Virus record (IMG/VR): IMGVR_UViG_3300030372_005973
Coordinates: 1-37,199 of that record
Strand: one strand, 5' to 3'
DNA: 37,199 nt
Origin: a virus
Lineage: Duplodnaviria > Caudoviricetes
A program made the translations under genes and the position numbers. The notes beneath the pieces were generated by a model that worked only from the letters and a program-made list of their open reading frames with translations, did no database searches and had not been told where the DNA came from. Below, piece by piece: positions 26,783 through 36,107 of this stretch; the first letter of the stretch is position 1, and every line of letters begins with the position of its first letter.

Positions 26783-27166
26783 TTATAATTGAAACATTTC
26801 AAGTTGTACGCCGGATTCTTGTGGAGTGAATTTTAAATGTTCCTCTGTAATCACATATTTGGTACCGATAAATTTGGCGATCTGTCCTGGATAACCGCGC
26901 TCCCTTTTCCCCTCCAGTACTAATTGGGCGTGTTGCCATGGTTCTTTTGGTACCAAGGGGCCTTCATAAAATTCTAATGGTTCCACTCCATAGGCATCTA
27001 CCCAGTGAATTCCTTTTTCGCCACTGGAGCAGAACCCAAGGATAACATACGGGCGGTTTTTATAGAATACGATGTCCTTAATCTCTGCGGTTTCTGAAAG
27101 ACTGGAGACACTGCTCTTTTTAACCATATTTTCTATTAGGGGGCGATCGATAGGTGTGGTCTTCAT
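26783..27166 (-). CDS. Hypothetical protein
   Basis: 127-aa ORF, ATGA-coupled; ends QLEMF (beta-clamp-motif-like). Confidence 0.6.
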   Translation of the reverse strand: MKTTPIDRPLIENMVKKSSVSSLSETAEIKDIVFYKNRPYVILGFCSSGEKGIHWVDAYGVEPLEFYEGPLVPKEPWQHAQLVLEGKRERGYPGQIAKFIGTKYVITEEHLKFTPQESGVQLEMFQL

Positions 27167-27423
27167 TTGAATACAGTTTTAAGATTCAATTGCTCTTTCC
27201 AAAATTGCTCACATTGCGTGATCATATCTTGCATAGTTAATATAGCCTTATCTTCATCTTCCATTGCACCAAGGTCATCCCGTAAAAGAACCAGCATTTG
27301 TCCACAAGCACCAATAAAAGCACGTTTTGTTTCAATTTTTTGAATGGGATGCATTGACTCTTCTTTAAGTCCTGAACGTTCTAAATACAGTTTATACTGA
27401 TGGTCTAGTTCAAATTTTTCCAT
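27163..27423 (-). CDS. Hypothetical phage protein
   Basis: 86 aa, QKIETKRAFIGACG; preceded by the repeated leader motif. Confidence 0.65.
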   Translation of the reverse strand: MEKFELDHQYKLYLERSGLKEESMHPIQKIETKRAFIGACGQMLVLLRDDLGAMEDEDKAILTMQDMITQCEQFWKEQLNLKTVFK

Positions 27424-27442
27424 TTTGCGATTGTTTAAAGTT

Positions 27443-27649
27443 TTACTTTTTCTTGTTTGTAGGGGCTTTTTTAAATCCTTTGGATGGTTGATATTTTTTT
27501 CCGATTCGGGCGGTTCTGGTTTTAATATTCTTTTTGGTACCAGGAAACACTTCTACATGATCAACATTGCGCTCCTTAAATTTCATTGTTAAAGCTTCTG
27601 GAGAAAATTCTTCAATTTCGGCGAAGTTGCCATTCCTAACTGTTTGCAT
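27443..27649 (-). CDS. Hypothetical basic protein
   Basis: 68-aa ORF tightly packed in the operon. Confidence 0.55.
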   Translation of the reverse strand: MQTVRNGNFAEIEEFSPEALTMKFKERNVDHVEVFPGTKKNIKTRTARIGKKYQPSKGFKKAPTNKKK

Positions 27650-27650
27650 T

Positions 27651-27860
27651 TTATTCTGTTTTTTGGGTTAATGATTCAATGTATTCTTGGTATTTTTCTG
27701 GATAATATTTCTTTTGGTAGGAAGTACCTTTATAATCCTCCTGTATCTCGAGAAATCCTTTTATGAAATTTTCAGGGGAACCATTATAAACAGCCTTTGA
27801 AACTGAGTCGTAATGGGTGTCCCTTCTTTGGTGCATCAATGTTTCCTCTTCCTCGGTCAT
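27651..27860 (-). CDS. Hypothetical protein
   Basis: ATG at 27860 (MTEEEE...), just after the stop of a small upstream ORF. Confidence 0.55.
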   Translation of the reverse strand: MTEEEETLMHQRRDTHYDSVSKAVYNGSPENFIKGFLEIQEDYKGTSYQKKYYPEKYQEYIESLTQKTE

Positions 27861-27862
27861 AT

Positions 27863-28000
27863 TTATAGTAATAAAAGATATATTAGAATATTCGCTCCTA
27901 TCACTACGGTAGCAATAGCAGCGCCTGTATAAAAGCCTTCCCAATAGTGGCCATTTGCCAATTCCCTTACAATCGGGTCTTCAATTTTGTTTTTGCTCAT
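27863..28000 (-). CDS. 45-aa membrane peptide (not in ORF track)
   Basis: MSKNKIEDPIVRELANGHYWEGFYTGAAIATVVIGANILIYLLLL; fills the gap with 2-3 nt spacing to neighbours. Confidence 0.55.
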   Translation of the reverse strand: MSKNKIEDPIVRELANGHYWEGFYTGAAIATVVIGANILIYLLLL

Positions 28001-28003
28001 AAT

Positions 28004-28453
28004 TCAATGTATTGATGCGTGGTTGTCTTCCCAATAGCGTTGGTTCAAGTAGGTGGCGGGATGTGCCTTTGCAATTCCCTTTCTGGATAGGTAGCCGTCA
28101 TAGGGTTTTATTCCCTTAATTGCTTCCATCCTATCTTTCTGGCTGAGGCGTGCCCAGGCTTTTTCTGAAACAACTTTTTTCACTTTTTGGTTATAGGCAT
28201 TCCAGAATGTTTCAAAGGTTAGATTTGGAGTTCCTACCTCTACATTCAAATTTTTGATTGCCGTCCAGCCCTTGATCGTTTTCTCCAAATAGGGAAACCG
28301 ATCCTTGTGGAACAACCACTGGATTTGCTTTTCGTCCAAGGTTCCTTCCTCCAGTCTAAACTCTCTTAAAAGACCATTTAAATCGTATTTAAAAAACCAA
28401 ACAACTTTGCTGTTTTGCCCTGTAACTGTATATGTGGTAAAAGCATCCATCAC
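28004..28453 (-). CDS. Phage protein with replication-protein-like C-terminal domain
   Basis: FETFWNAY...AWARLS...AHPATYLNQRYWED motif. Confidence 0.65.
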   Translation of the reverse strand: MMDAFTTYTVTGQNSKVVWFFKYDLNGLLREFRLEEGTLDEKQIQWLFHKDRFPYLEKTIKGWTAIKNLNVEVGTPNLTFETFWNAYNQKVKKVVSEKAWARLSQKDRMEAIKGIKPYDGYLSRKGIAKAHPATYLNQRYWEDNHASIH

Positions 28454-28827
28454 GATAGCAATTGATTGATTTCTCCGGCACGTTTTAACGCTACTGTGCG
28501 CTCATATCCATAAGGAAGGTGTGAAGCAATGCCGCGAATGTAAACCTCAAGGAAAAAGGCTTCAAACGGTTCCAACTTGATTGGGAAATCTTCCTTTTTG
28601 TGTATGCCTATTTGCCGTGTGAGCTGCTTTTTGGAAAGTTTTTTTGCTACCTGAAGTAATACGGAAGGCATTGCCTTTTCTGCATCACCAATATGTATTT
28701 CTGGATAGTACAATTCACGATAGTTCCAAATGGTGTTCAAGGCTTTTAGGCTTTGAAGCGTAAAATCCAAGGAGATGGGTGTGAGTAAGTTTTGAAACTG
28801 TGGCGATTGTTGCTGTTGGGTATTCAT
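28450..28827 (-). CDS. Hypothetical protein
   Basis: 125-aa ORF coupled to the downstream gene. Confidence 0.6.
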   Translation of the reverse strand: MNTQQQQSPQFQNLLTPISLDFTLQSLKALNTIWNYRELYYPEIHIGDAEKAMPSVLLQVAKKLSKKQLTRQIGIHKKEDFPIKLEPFEAFFLEVYIRGIASHLPYGYERTVALKRAGEINQLLS

Positions 28828-29047
28828 TTTTTAAAATTTGCGGTTCTACGATGGCATCAATTCTTATATTTTTGTTTTCTTCCCGGAGACGGGCAATTTC
28901 TTCTATCAATTTGTTTTCTGCAGCTCGGGTTATTGGTTTGCAAAGCCGGGCATTTTGCTTATAGTTTTTGTAACTATGTTTCAACAGAAAATCTGTGTAA
29001 CCTTTTATAAGGTTTTCATTCTGTTGGTATTTCTCACGGAGTGTCAT
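28715..29047 (-). CDS. Hypothetical protein
   Basis: 110-aa ORF; last 113 nt overlap the next gene. Confidence 0.5.
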   Translation of the reverse strand: MTLREKYQQNENLIKGYTDFLLKHSYKNYKQNARLCKPITRAAENKLIEEIARLREENKNIRIDAIVEPQILKNEYPTATIATVSKLTHTHLLGFYASKPKSLEHHLELS

Positions 29048-29049
29048 TG

Positions 29050-29232
29050 CTAATCTTTATATCCAATTGCGGTAAGATTTGAAGGAGAACACAAAAGGTT
29101 TTCACCTGTTTCTTTAAATTTCTCATCGATGATTTTAACTTGCAGCTTTTCAGCTTTCAAATCATTATTGTCTTGATAATAGACATATCCCTTTTTACCG
29201 GATTTTGTTTTAACTATTATTGCTTTTTTCAT
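29050..29232 (-). CDS. Hypothetical protein
   Basis: 60 aa, KTKSGKKG and C-terminal IGYKD. Confidence 0.6.
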   Translation of the reverse strand: MKKAIIVKTKSGKKGYVYYQDNNDLKAEKLQVKIIDEKFKETGENLLCSPSNLTAIGYKD

Positions 29233-29495
29233 CTACAATCAGTTTCAGGTTCGGTTAAATGCTTTCCGCATAGCGCACAGGCCGTTACGGTTGTTTCACA
29301 GTTTACAATTTCCTGCAGTATTTTTGTGTAATGCGCCATTTCGGGGTGCTTGCAGTATCCTGTGGTTCTGGGCGCTGCATAGTTGTCGTTCCAATCCAAG
29401 TCTGGATCCTTATCATCAAAACATTTATTTGCCAAAAACATAAATATGACAATGATCAAAATGATAAGTATTACTATGTACCAATACCAACTCAT
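29229..29495 (-). CDS. Membrane protein with Cys/His-rich C-terminus
   Basis: N-terminal TM; CKH...C...CALC possible zinc ribbon. Confidence 0.55.
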   Translation of the reverse strand: MSWYWYIVILIILIIVIFMFLANKCFDDKDPDLDWNDNYAAPRTTGYCKHPEMAHYTKILQEIVNCETTVTACALCGKHLTEPETDCR

Positions 29496-29899
29496 TTGTA
29501 TCTGCTTTTTACGATTCCCTCCAGGGCAATTATGGTTTTGTTCACTTCACTACCGGCCATTTCTAAAAGAGGTTTTTTAACCGGAGCGCGAACACTCTTC
29601 AAAAAATTAGAAAACCAATCAATATCGGCCACATCCTTATCGTGCTTTGGTGAAAACTTGGTGTGGCCAGCTTGCTGAATAAGTGATAGGATTTTGCGGT
29701 GATCCTTTCGGGAAAAATCAAATTTTCCCCAATGGGTTGTTAGCTTATTGATGAGTTGCTGCGCCTGGCTTACCGTTAAATCGGTAGTGCTTACCCTTTT
29801 TTTGTCCTGGGTGATTTGAAAAACGAGGTCTGCCTTTAGTTCGGCATTGTATCCTGTAAGTTTTGCGAGTTGTATTCGTTGTTGCGATGTTGATTTCAT
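29492..29899 (-). CDS. GemA-like protein (Mu gp16-like)
   Basis: STTDLTVSQAQQLI, RKILSL, FSNFLKS...KKPL...KTIIALE; early operon position. Confidence 0.55.
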   Translation of the reverse strand: MKSTSQQRIQLAKLTGYNAELKADLVFQITQDKKRVSTTDLTVSQAQQLINKLTTHWGKFDFSRKDHRKILSLIQQAGHTKFSPKHDKDVADIDWFSNFLKSVRAPVKKPLLEMAGSEVNKTIIALEGIVKSRYK

Positions 29900-29944
29900 T
29901 TATTAGCTTTTAAGTTGATAAATGGTATTTATTAGCTTTTTTTT

Positions 29945-29969
29945 AAAAACCGGGGATATCGCTCCCCGG
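29945..29969 (-). terminator. Rho-independent terminator
   Basis: CCGGGGA-gcgata-TCCCCGG followed by TTTTT on the - strand. Confidence 0.65.
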
Positions 29970-30157
29970 CACGCGGGCGGTTTTCTATGGCTCTCTATAA
30001 CTTTAAAGCTTTTAAGCATCGCACTTTGTAGCCGCAAACAAATTCGATTGCCATTTCAAATTTGAGTTTGTTCCGGGCAGAGGTACGCAACCCGGAACGG
30101 CATCCCTAACCGCTTATAACTTTATCAGCATTTCATTGAGCACTCTTCACTGGGATG

Positions 30158-30233
30158 TGACCGGTACAGGAATCGAACCTGCATTGAATCCATCTTTAAA
30201 AAAATTCCCCAATTAATTTAAATATCTCCGGTC
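30158..30233 (-). ncRNA. tRNA-like element (acceptor stem and T-arm only)
   Basis: GACCGG/CCGGTC acceptor stem, GCAGG-TTCGATT-CCTGT T-arm, 76 nt; D and anticodon arms not recognisable. Confidence 0.55.
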
Positions 30234-30388
30234 GGGTTGAACTGTATCGTAGTTCGTACGGTCGTTATCTACCTTAGGGCTAGTCGTCTTACGGAACGCG
30301 GACCCATTTAACAGCCTACCACCATTGAAAAAAATATCCATTTACACGGACCGGGCACCACGGTGGAGAGCCACAGGCAAATCATTCA

Positions 30389-30580
30389 TCAAGAGTCCGG
30401 ACAAGGTTCTTTAAATTCCCGCGTACGCCCGCCATTTTGCTGTATATGCCTTCGGAATTCACGGCTTTCGCTTACCGTGAGCTCTTCGCTTGCTATCCAT
30501 TTATTATTTGCATCCCGGTAAACCAATTTTCCATTTACCAGACATTGGTCTTCTTGTGGTTGTGTTATTGTTACTTTCAT
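30389..30580 (-). CDS. Hypothetical protein
   Basis: 63 aa, VNGKLVYRDANNKW...ELTVSE. Confidence 0.6.
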   Translation of the reverse strand: MKVTITQPQEDQCLVNGKLVYRDANNKWIASEELTVSESREFRRHIQQNGGRTREFKEPCPDS

Positions 30581-30624
30581 TATTGGCTTTTTTTAAGGTG
30601 TGGAATGAAATGTTTGCGTTGGCA

Positions 30625-30912
30625 TCATCCAGCATCTGCTGTAGTTTTTTTTCGTTTGTCATGGATTTCGATTTGGGTTATTGGGTATTTCCATTGGCGC
30701 TCTTCGCCTTGTTGATTTTTGAAGATGAGTAGGTCATCGGGTTTCAGTTCGGGAATCAAAGCAGGATCAACTGTTGATCCCGCCCAGATTCGCGTCTGTA
30801 GGTTTGCTGAAATTACTTTTCCGGATGCGTCCAGGTTCCAATGAAGGCAGTCCTGCATCATATCCTTAAAGTGGATTGTGAACTTAATTTTAGGGGATTG
30901 TTGTTTTGACAT
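30625..30912 (-). CDS. Hypothetical protein
   Basis: 95 aa, preceded by the repeated leader motif. Confidence 0.6.
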   Translation of the reverse strand: MSKQQSPKIKFTIHFKDMMQDCLHWNLDASGKVISANLQTRIWAGSTVDPALIPELKPDDLLIFKNQQGEERQWKYPITQIEIHDKRKKTTADAG

Positions 30913-30934
30913 TTTGCGATTGTTTAAACGTTAT

Positions 30935-31600
30935 TTAAAGGCTTGAAAATTGAAGGGAGACATCTCTCCAGCGCTTCTTTTCATCGCGCACGTACAGGCG
31001 ACAATACAGCGATGTACCAACAACTCTTTGGCAGTTTTCCAATTTGTCAAACTCTTCAATGAGATTGTCATCGCCAAGTTCGCGCACTTGCTTTCGGGCC
31101 TTTGCCAAAAGCTTTGGATCATACTCTCCTTTGGTTCCCTTGATCAAGAGACCGTCCAGAAGGTTGTACATACCTTTATGGCGTGCCTCAAATTTTTCAC
31201 GGAAAATATCCTTGATGGCATTGATGTGCACGGTTGCCTCTTCGGTAAACTCGAAGCGCTCTTGACGGTCCACGGTTACCTTTACAGTATCTTCCTCATT
31301 TTTTAGGCTGAAGGATTTGGTTTCCTTTGGTTCCTTGCCTTCGATGGTGTACATTCGATCGTAGAGTTTATTGGCTTCACGAATGGTGTACTCCTTAAGT
31401 TCCAGCATTTCTTTTTGAATCTGCTTGAATTTGGATGCTGCGTGTAGTGTAAAACTATCCTTATCGGCTCGGAACTGCTTTTTACCTTTTTCGTAGTTGT
31501 CAGCTTCAGCCTGTTTGCGACGTGCGAGTTCTGCCTGAAGTTCATCTGCAGTAAGGGCACTCAAATCAATTTGCGGGGGGGTTAATGTTTCTGTGTTCAT
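30935..31600 (-). CDS. DUF3164-family Mu-like phage early protein
   Basis: KSFSL, C-terminal Y.R.Y.RDEKKRWRDVSLQFSSL; position after ATPases. Confidence 0.7.
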   Translation of the reverse strand: MNTETLTPPQIDLSALTADELQAELARRKQAEADNYEKGKKQFRADKDSFTLHAASKFKQIQKEMLELKEYTIREANKLYDRMYTIEGKEPKETKSFSLKNEEDTVKVTVDRQERFEFTEEATVHINAIKDIFREKFEARHKGMYNLLDGLLIKGTKGEYDPKLLAKARKQVRELGDDNLIEEFDKLENCQRVVGTSLYCRLYVRDEKKRWRDVSLQFSSL

Positions 31601-31602
31601 AA

Positions 31603-31962
31603 TTAATTTTGTTTTTTATAGAATTCTTTGATTGTGGAAGGTGCATCATTGGCACATTTAACTACATCTTTAAGAAGCTGCAGAAATTCTGGATTTTGAA
31701 AACTGGCTCTTACTAAAAGGAAGATTAAATTCGAATACTCACCTTCCATCATAATATCTGTGGTGTTCTTATCTAAATTAATTTTCATATAAAACCCGGA
31801 CAATTCGTGCCTACTTTTCAATTCTGCTTTTAAATCTTCCTCTGTAAAGTCAGTTAGTTCTGGAATAACAGATTTTTCATCTGTGGATCTTGCTTGGAGT
31901 TCAACTTTTAATTTAAAGCTTGATACTTCCTTAATGTCGATTTTTTGTGTTGTCTCACTCAT
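31603..31962 (-). CDS. Hypothetical protein
   Basis: 119 aa, preceded by the repeated leader motif. Confidence 0.6.
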   Translation of the reverse strand: MSETTQKIDIKEVSSFKLKVELQARSTDEKSVIPELTDFTEEDLKAELKSRHELSGFYMKINLDKNTTDIMMEGEYSNLIFLLVRASFQNPEFLQLLKDVVKCANDAPSTIKEFYKKQN

Positions 31963-31974
31963 TTTGCGATTGTT

Positions 31975-32244
31975 TTAGTTATTAAATGGTTTTAAAATTT
32001 GCCAACCATTGTTATAGATCAGCAGGTTTCTTTCACTATCATACTGGAGGCTTGGCCGTGACCAGTGATGATCTTCTATTTCATCCATCACTTTGTTTAT
32101 TTTCTCCCAAAGCCTCTCAGAAAGCTTTAAGCGGCCATTGATGTACTGATGGATCAGGATACATTCTTCCGTTGTTAGATTTCCGGAGAAATGGCGGCTG
32201 TAGCAAATGGCATCCAATAAAGAGTGATGTGTGTATTTTTTCAT
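31975..32244 (-). CDS. Hypothetical protein
   Basis: 89-aa ORF tightly packed in the operon. Confidence 0.55.
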   Translation of the reverse strand: MKKYTHHSLLDAICYSRHFSGNLTTEECILIHQYINGRLKLSERLWEKINKVMDEIEDHHWSRPSLQYDSERNLLIYNNGWQILKPFNN

Positions 32245-32245
32245 A

Positions 32246-32581
32246 TTAATTGAGTTGGGGGATAATATTCAGTTTGCGTGCCTGGTCCATCAGCGGTGGA
32301 CAGCTGAGCATAAAAATGTTGAGCGTTTTTTCGTTATAAAGTGCCATTGATGTAGTTGGATCCAACACGGATTCATATTCTCCTATTTCGCTCCACCATT
32401 CGTCCTCCAGTCGGGAAATCTCGAAAAGAAACCATTTGTTCAATGCGGTGTTTGCTAAAAGCTTTTGTAAATCCTTTGGATTGTGCGCCTTGTTACAGCA
32501 GTATTTTAACCATAGCTGAAAAAGTTTGTCTTCATATTCAGCTTGAGATAATGTCAACAGTTTTGCGATTGTGTTTTCCAT
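32246..32581 (-). CDS. Hypothetical phage protein
   Basis: ATG at 32581 (MENTIAK...); LQKLLAN...NKWF motif. Confidence 0.6.
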   Translation of the reverse strand: MENTIAKLLTLSQAEYEDKLFQLWLKYCCNKAHNPKDLQKLLANTALNKWFLFEISRLEDEWWSEIGEYESVLDPTTSMALYNEKTLNIFMLSCPPLMDQARKLNIIPQLN

Positions 32582-32592
32582 TGTTATTTTTA

Positions 32593-33219
32593 TTAAAGTG
32601 ATCCTTCCAATTCTTTTACGCCTTCTTCCCAAATGATGTAAGGTTTACCGCCACCATAGCGACTTACGGCGCTTGCTATATAGCTATCAATATGTATCTT
32701 AACATCGGCATCGTACCGAACAAATTTTGCGGGACGGCCTTCTGGATGTTTCCCTTCAGCATGGGAAAGAAAAATGAACAGCACGTCCGGAAATTCTTCT
32801 TTCAATTCTTTATACTGGGCCTTTGTTAATCCGCTGTACTGAAAGCTGTCAATAATTGCGATTTTTGGCGCTTTAGGCCTCCGTAGCCTATTTTTCATTT
32901 CTTCAATGGGTTCACGGTTCAAAACAATTATTTTGCGACTGTAGCCCTTTAAATAGCTTTGCTTCACCGCACGTTGGAATGATTTTCTAGCGCCTTCTTC
33001 CAAAGTATTGTACAGCACCTTTCCTGTTTTGGTCAACTCCTTGGCAAGCTTGAGGGCGAAACGGGTTTTTCCGTTTCCGGAATGTCCCCAAATCATCCAC
33101 ACACCGCTGCACTCTGGTATTCCAAAGAGCGCTTCCCAATCTTCGCTAACTTCAAGGTCCGTGAACTTCATTTTATATATATCGTTTATCGACAATGCCC
33201 TTTTAACTTGCTTTGCCAT
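32593..33219 (-). CDS. RecA/KaiC-fold ATPase
   Basis: GHSGNGKT Walker A, LYNTLEEG, IIDSFQ Walker B, YDADVKI. Confidence 0.85.
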   Translation of the reverse strand: MAKQVKRALSINDIYKMKFTDLEVSEDWEALFGIPECSGVWMIWGHSGNGKTRFALKLAKELTKTGKVLYNTLEEGARKSFQRAVKQSYLKGYSRKIIVLNREPIEEMKNRLRRPKAPKIAIIDSFQYSGLTKAQYKELKEEFPDVLFIFLSHAEGKHPEGRPAKFVRYDADVKIHIDSYIASAVSRYGGGKPYIIWEEGVKELEGSL

Positions 33220-34084
33220 GAATACGTTTCTCTTTTTGGATTTCTATGTACACGCGCGTGAGCGATCCGTTTGTTTTTGCCCACAAATCTTTCATGCTCA
33301 TTTGGCAATTGTTAGCCGCGGCTACTTGGGCCATTTGTCTCTTTAGGAATTCGCGTACTGCCAATTCCCCTTCAGGAGTAACACGTTGGTACCGGCTGCC
33401 GAATCTTCTGAATACTTCAGCAAATCCCACTTTTTTAAGGTTACGTGATCGGTTTAGTTTTTCCTTTAGTCCATCTGCACCCATCATATACCACGCGCAT
33501 GAAAATTCGGTAGCATTCCACAATGCCTTTAGTTCTAAAAAGGCGGGGTATTCCAAATCTCCAGCTTCATCAAGAATTACCAATGGCGTTGTCATAGACC
33601 GTATGTAATGGGTTAAATCCTCGTAAATGGTGGAGTATCTTCCTTCGTGATCAATCCCGAATTCCTTGGCAATTTGCTTAATGAGCTTTTGACGGCTTTT
33701 TACTTGAGAGCAATCGATATAGACAGCATTTCGATGTTCCTTGCAGTACTGTTTTGCAGTGTGGCTTTTACCCAAATCGGCATTATCACAGAAAATACTG
33801 GAGATGGAATTCTCCTGGCATGCTTCCAGTTGAGCATATAGAAATTCGAAGGCTTCCGTTTTAGCCGTGTTCCAAGCATTGAATGGATTCTCAGGAACAT
33901 TTAGTTTTCTTGCCAACTGTCGCAGTTTGCTATCACTTACTACACGGTCCATCTCTCCGTGAAGCAATCTGCTGAGCTGTGATGGATTAATATCAAAGGT
34001 TACCGCCATTTTATTGTTGGAGGTATAGTTTGATGATTGATCCTTCAGGGTTTTTACTATTCTATCTTTAAATTCTTGTCTCAT
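33203..34084 (-). CDS. MuB-like AAA+ transposition ATPase with N-terminal HTH
   Basis: INPSQLSRL HTH, ADLGKS Walker A variant, ILDEAG Walker B; directly after transposase. Confidence 0.85.
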   Translation of the reverse strand: MRQEFKDRIVKTLKDQSSNYTSNNKMAVTFDINPSQLSRLLHGEMDRVVSDSKLRQLARKLNVPENPFNAWNTAKTEAFEFLYAQLEACQENSISSIFCDNADLGKSHTAKQYCKEHRNAVYIDCSQVKSRQKLIKQIAKEFGIDHEGRYSTIYEDLTHYIRSMTTPLVILDEAGDLEYPAFLELKALWNATEFSCAWYMMGADGLKEKLNRSRNLKKVGFAEVFRRFGSRYQRVTPEGELAVREFLKRQMAQVAAANNCQMSMKDLWAKTNGSLTRVYIEIQKEKRIHGKAS

Positions 34085-34094
34085 AATTGCGATT

Positions 34095-36107
34095 TTAGAG
34101 GCTATTGAATGCGTTTTCTTTTATTGAATTTTGTGAATCCACTTCGCTATAATCAAAGTCATCATCATCTACTGGTACCGTTTTCACTATTTCTACATTT
34201 TCCGGTAAATCAAGTGCTGCAGTATTTTCAATTATTGCAGGTTTGCCAATGTAGTTTCGACCTGCCTTTATTGTTTTATCGAATTCCGATACATATTTGG
34301 CTTGGTTTAAGTAGGCGATTTCGTCTTTTTCGGTTTGTTCGGCTTTGGCTGTTTGGTAGTTTTCCAATCCCTTACACGAGCAGATAAATACATCATCTTG
34401 ATATAAATGGATAGTTTCAATTCCGGATGATGCAGGAATGTAATATGCCATCACATTCAGGTTGTTGGTTTTTAACCTTTCCAGAATTTTTACTGAAGGG
34501 AGTGTGTATTTGTGATTGTTTGCAAATAGATATTGCGATCTTCTGATACTGGTTTCAATACCTACACCGATATATTTTGCAAGTAATGATTCGTCATATT
34601 TTGCGAGTTTTGGGTTTAAGTGAAACATCAGAACTTCCATTCTGGACATTCCTTTGTACTTCTTTTGGTTTGGATGTTTGGCGTTATTAAACTGTTGGAT
34701 AACCGCTAAATCATCCGCAACAAGTTCTTTGTATTCGTAGTATTTCTCCTTGAAATTATCGTTTTCGGCATCAAAGATTTTTTCCTGTTTAACTCGGTTG
34801 GCTTCCAGTTTTGAATAGAAACGGCCAATTCCATCTTGATACTTTTTCTCGTAACCGTATTTTTTAACACGGTGCATGCTTTCCGCATACTTTTCCTGAG
34901 CATTCCCCGGATTCGCCCATCTAACAAAAGGGAAAACATTTCCGGCTTGCATAAGGGTATGTTCAAAATGCTTAACCAAGTGGTTTTCCACTTCCATTTC
35001 CATAGGAATACCGATATCATTTCGGTGTAGGAAGCGAAACATATCTCGCATACAGTCCAGGAATAGATCAGTATCTTTTTTCTTGCTGTAGGAAGCTCCA
35101 ATACAGGCACCGGAAGCTACGTCATAAGCGTAGTATGCTTTTACACGTTTGCCATTGATCATTTTGCGAGGTAGATCCCTATCATCCATCGAGATTTTTG
35201 AAAGGCTGTAATTGGGCTGATCGCGGTGATGGTGTGGGCGATGTGTTGAATTGAATTCGAGCGCTCCTGAACGGTAGCTGTCTACAAGCACTCTATTTTT
35301 AGGATCGTTTATATAATTCCACACAGTGGCCTCACTAATTGTTACCGGCATTCCATCTACCATAAAATCTTCCCTATCAAATAATTCTCCTGTTTTGGTA
35401 TCGACCACCTCAATGGCACCTCCAAGAAATTGCATATATAGATCGTGCACGGAGTTGCTGTATGGTTTGTTTGGAAGGGTGTAAAGACTGAGGATGAGTT
35501 TTTCAATCTGGACGGTAACCTTTCGGCTGTTATCGTTGCACCATTTTTTGGAGATCAGTGCTATGTGGCCATCCTTTTTATATTCGTTGTATTTGTTCTG
35601 GATCCTGCGGGGGTTTGTTGGCAGGGTATGGTCCATTTTATTTTTATCGATGGAATTCACGGCATCGGCCACTTTATCCCAAAGCTTGGTGGCTTTACTT
35701 CCCAATGCTTTTTTACGTCCGGATCTATTTTTGATAATAGTGTCGATGGTATTGAGAATGTGGGCATCGTTGCAATATTGAAGCTGCGTGTCCGGGGGAA
35801 GATTTCTACCATCGGGCAGTTTGTACTTACTGAAAAAAGACGGGGCCATGTGATCGAGCTCGATACGATCCTGGAATTTGGATTCCTTTACTTTGAGATA
35901 AGGATCTCCAACTTTTTCGATGATCGCTTCTTTAAATCGATCGGGGATACTGTCGAATGCAACTAACGCTTTTGTGCCTTTGCACCCACGGCGAACTGTT
36001 TCTATCTGGCCCCGCGATTTCAATTGTTTATAATTGGCAGTGGATAATATTTTTTGCTTGGTTAACCAGGCTACTTCAAAACATAATATGTTATTGTAGT
36101 ACATCAT
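34095..36107 (-). CDS. MuA-like DDE transposase
   Basis: 670 aa; N-terminal DNA-binding region, ISMDD, AYDVASG, QEKYAE, FNNAKHP; between Ner-like and MuB-like genes. Confidence 0.85.
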   Translation of the reverse strand: MMYYNNILCFEVAWLTKQKILSTANYKQLKSRGQIETVRRGCKGTKALVAFDSIPDRFKEAIIEKVGDPYLKVKESKFQDRIELDHMAPSFFSKYKLPDGRNLPPDTQLQYCNDAHILNTIDTIIKNRSGRKKALGSKATKLWDKVADAVNSIDKNKMDHTLPTNPRRIQNKYNEYKKDGHIALISKKWCNDNSRKVTVQIEKLILSLYTLPNKPYSNSVHDLYMQFLGGAIEVVDTKTGELFDREDFMVDGMPVTISEATVWNYINDPKNRVLVDSYRSGALEFNSTHRPHHHRDQPNYSLSKISMDDRDLPRKMINGKRVKAYYAYDVASGACIGASYSKKKDTDLFLDCMRDMFRFLHRNDIGIPMEMEVENHLVKHFEHTLMQAGNVFPFVRWANPGNAQEKYAESMHRVKKYGYEKKYQDGIGRFYSKLEANRVKQEKIFDAENDNFKEKYYEYKELVADDLAVIQQFNNAKHPNQKKYKGMSRMEVLMFHLNPKLAKYDESLLAKYIGVGIETSIRRSQYLFANNHKYTLPSVKILERLKTNNLNVMAYYIPASSGIETIHLYQDDVFICSCKGLENYQTAKAEQTEKDEIAYLNQAKYVSEFDKTIKAGRNYIGKPAIIENTAALDLPENVEIVKTVPVDDDDFDYSEVDSQNSIKENAFNSL

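Noticed and set aside
30158-30233. Functional tRNA gene
   Set aside because: No D-arm, no anticodon stem-loop, 7-66 mismatch and no encoded CCA
34980-35010. Transposase inactivated because EVENH stands where a second catalytic Asp is expected
   Set aside because: The ORF is intact and I cannot place the catalytic residues without an alignment; it may be a family-wide variant
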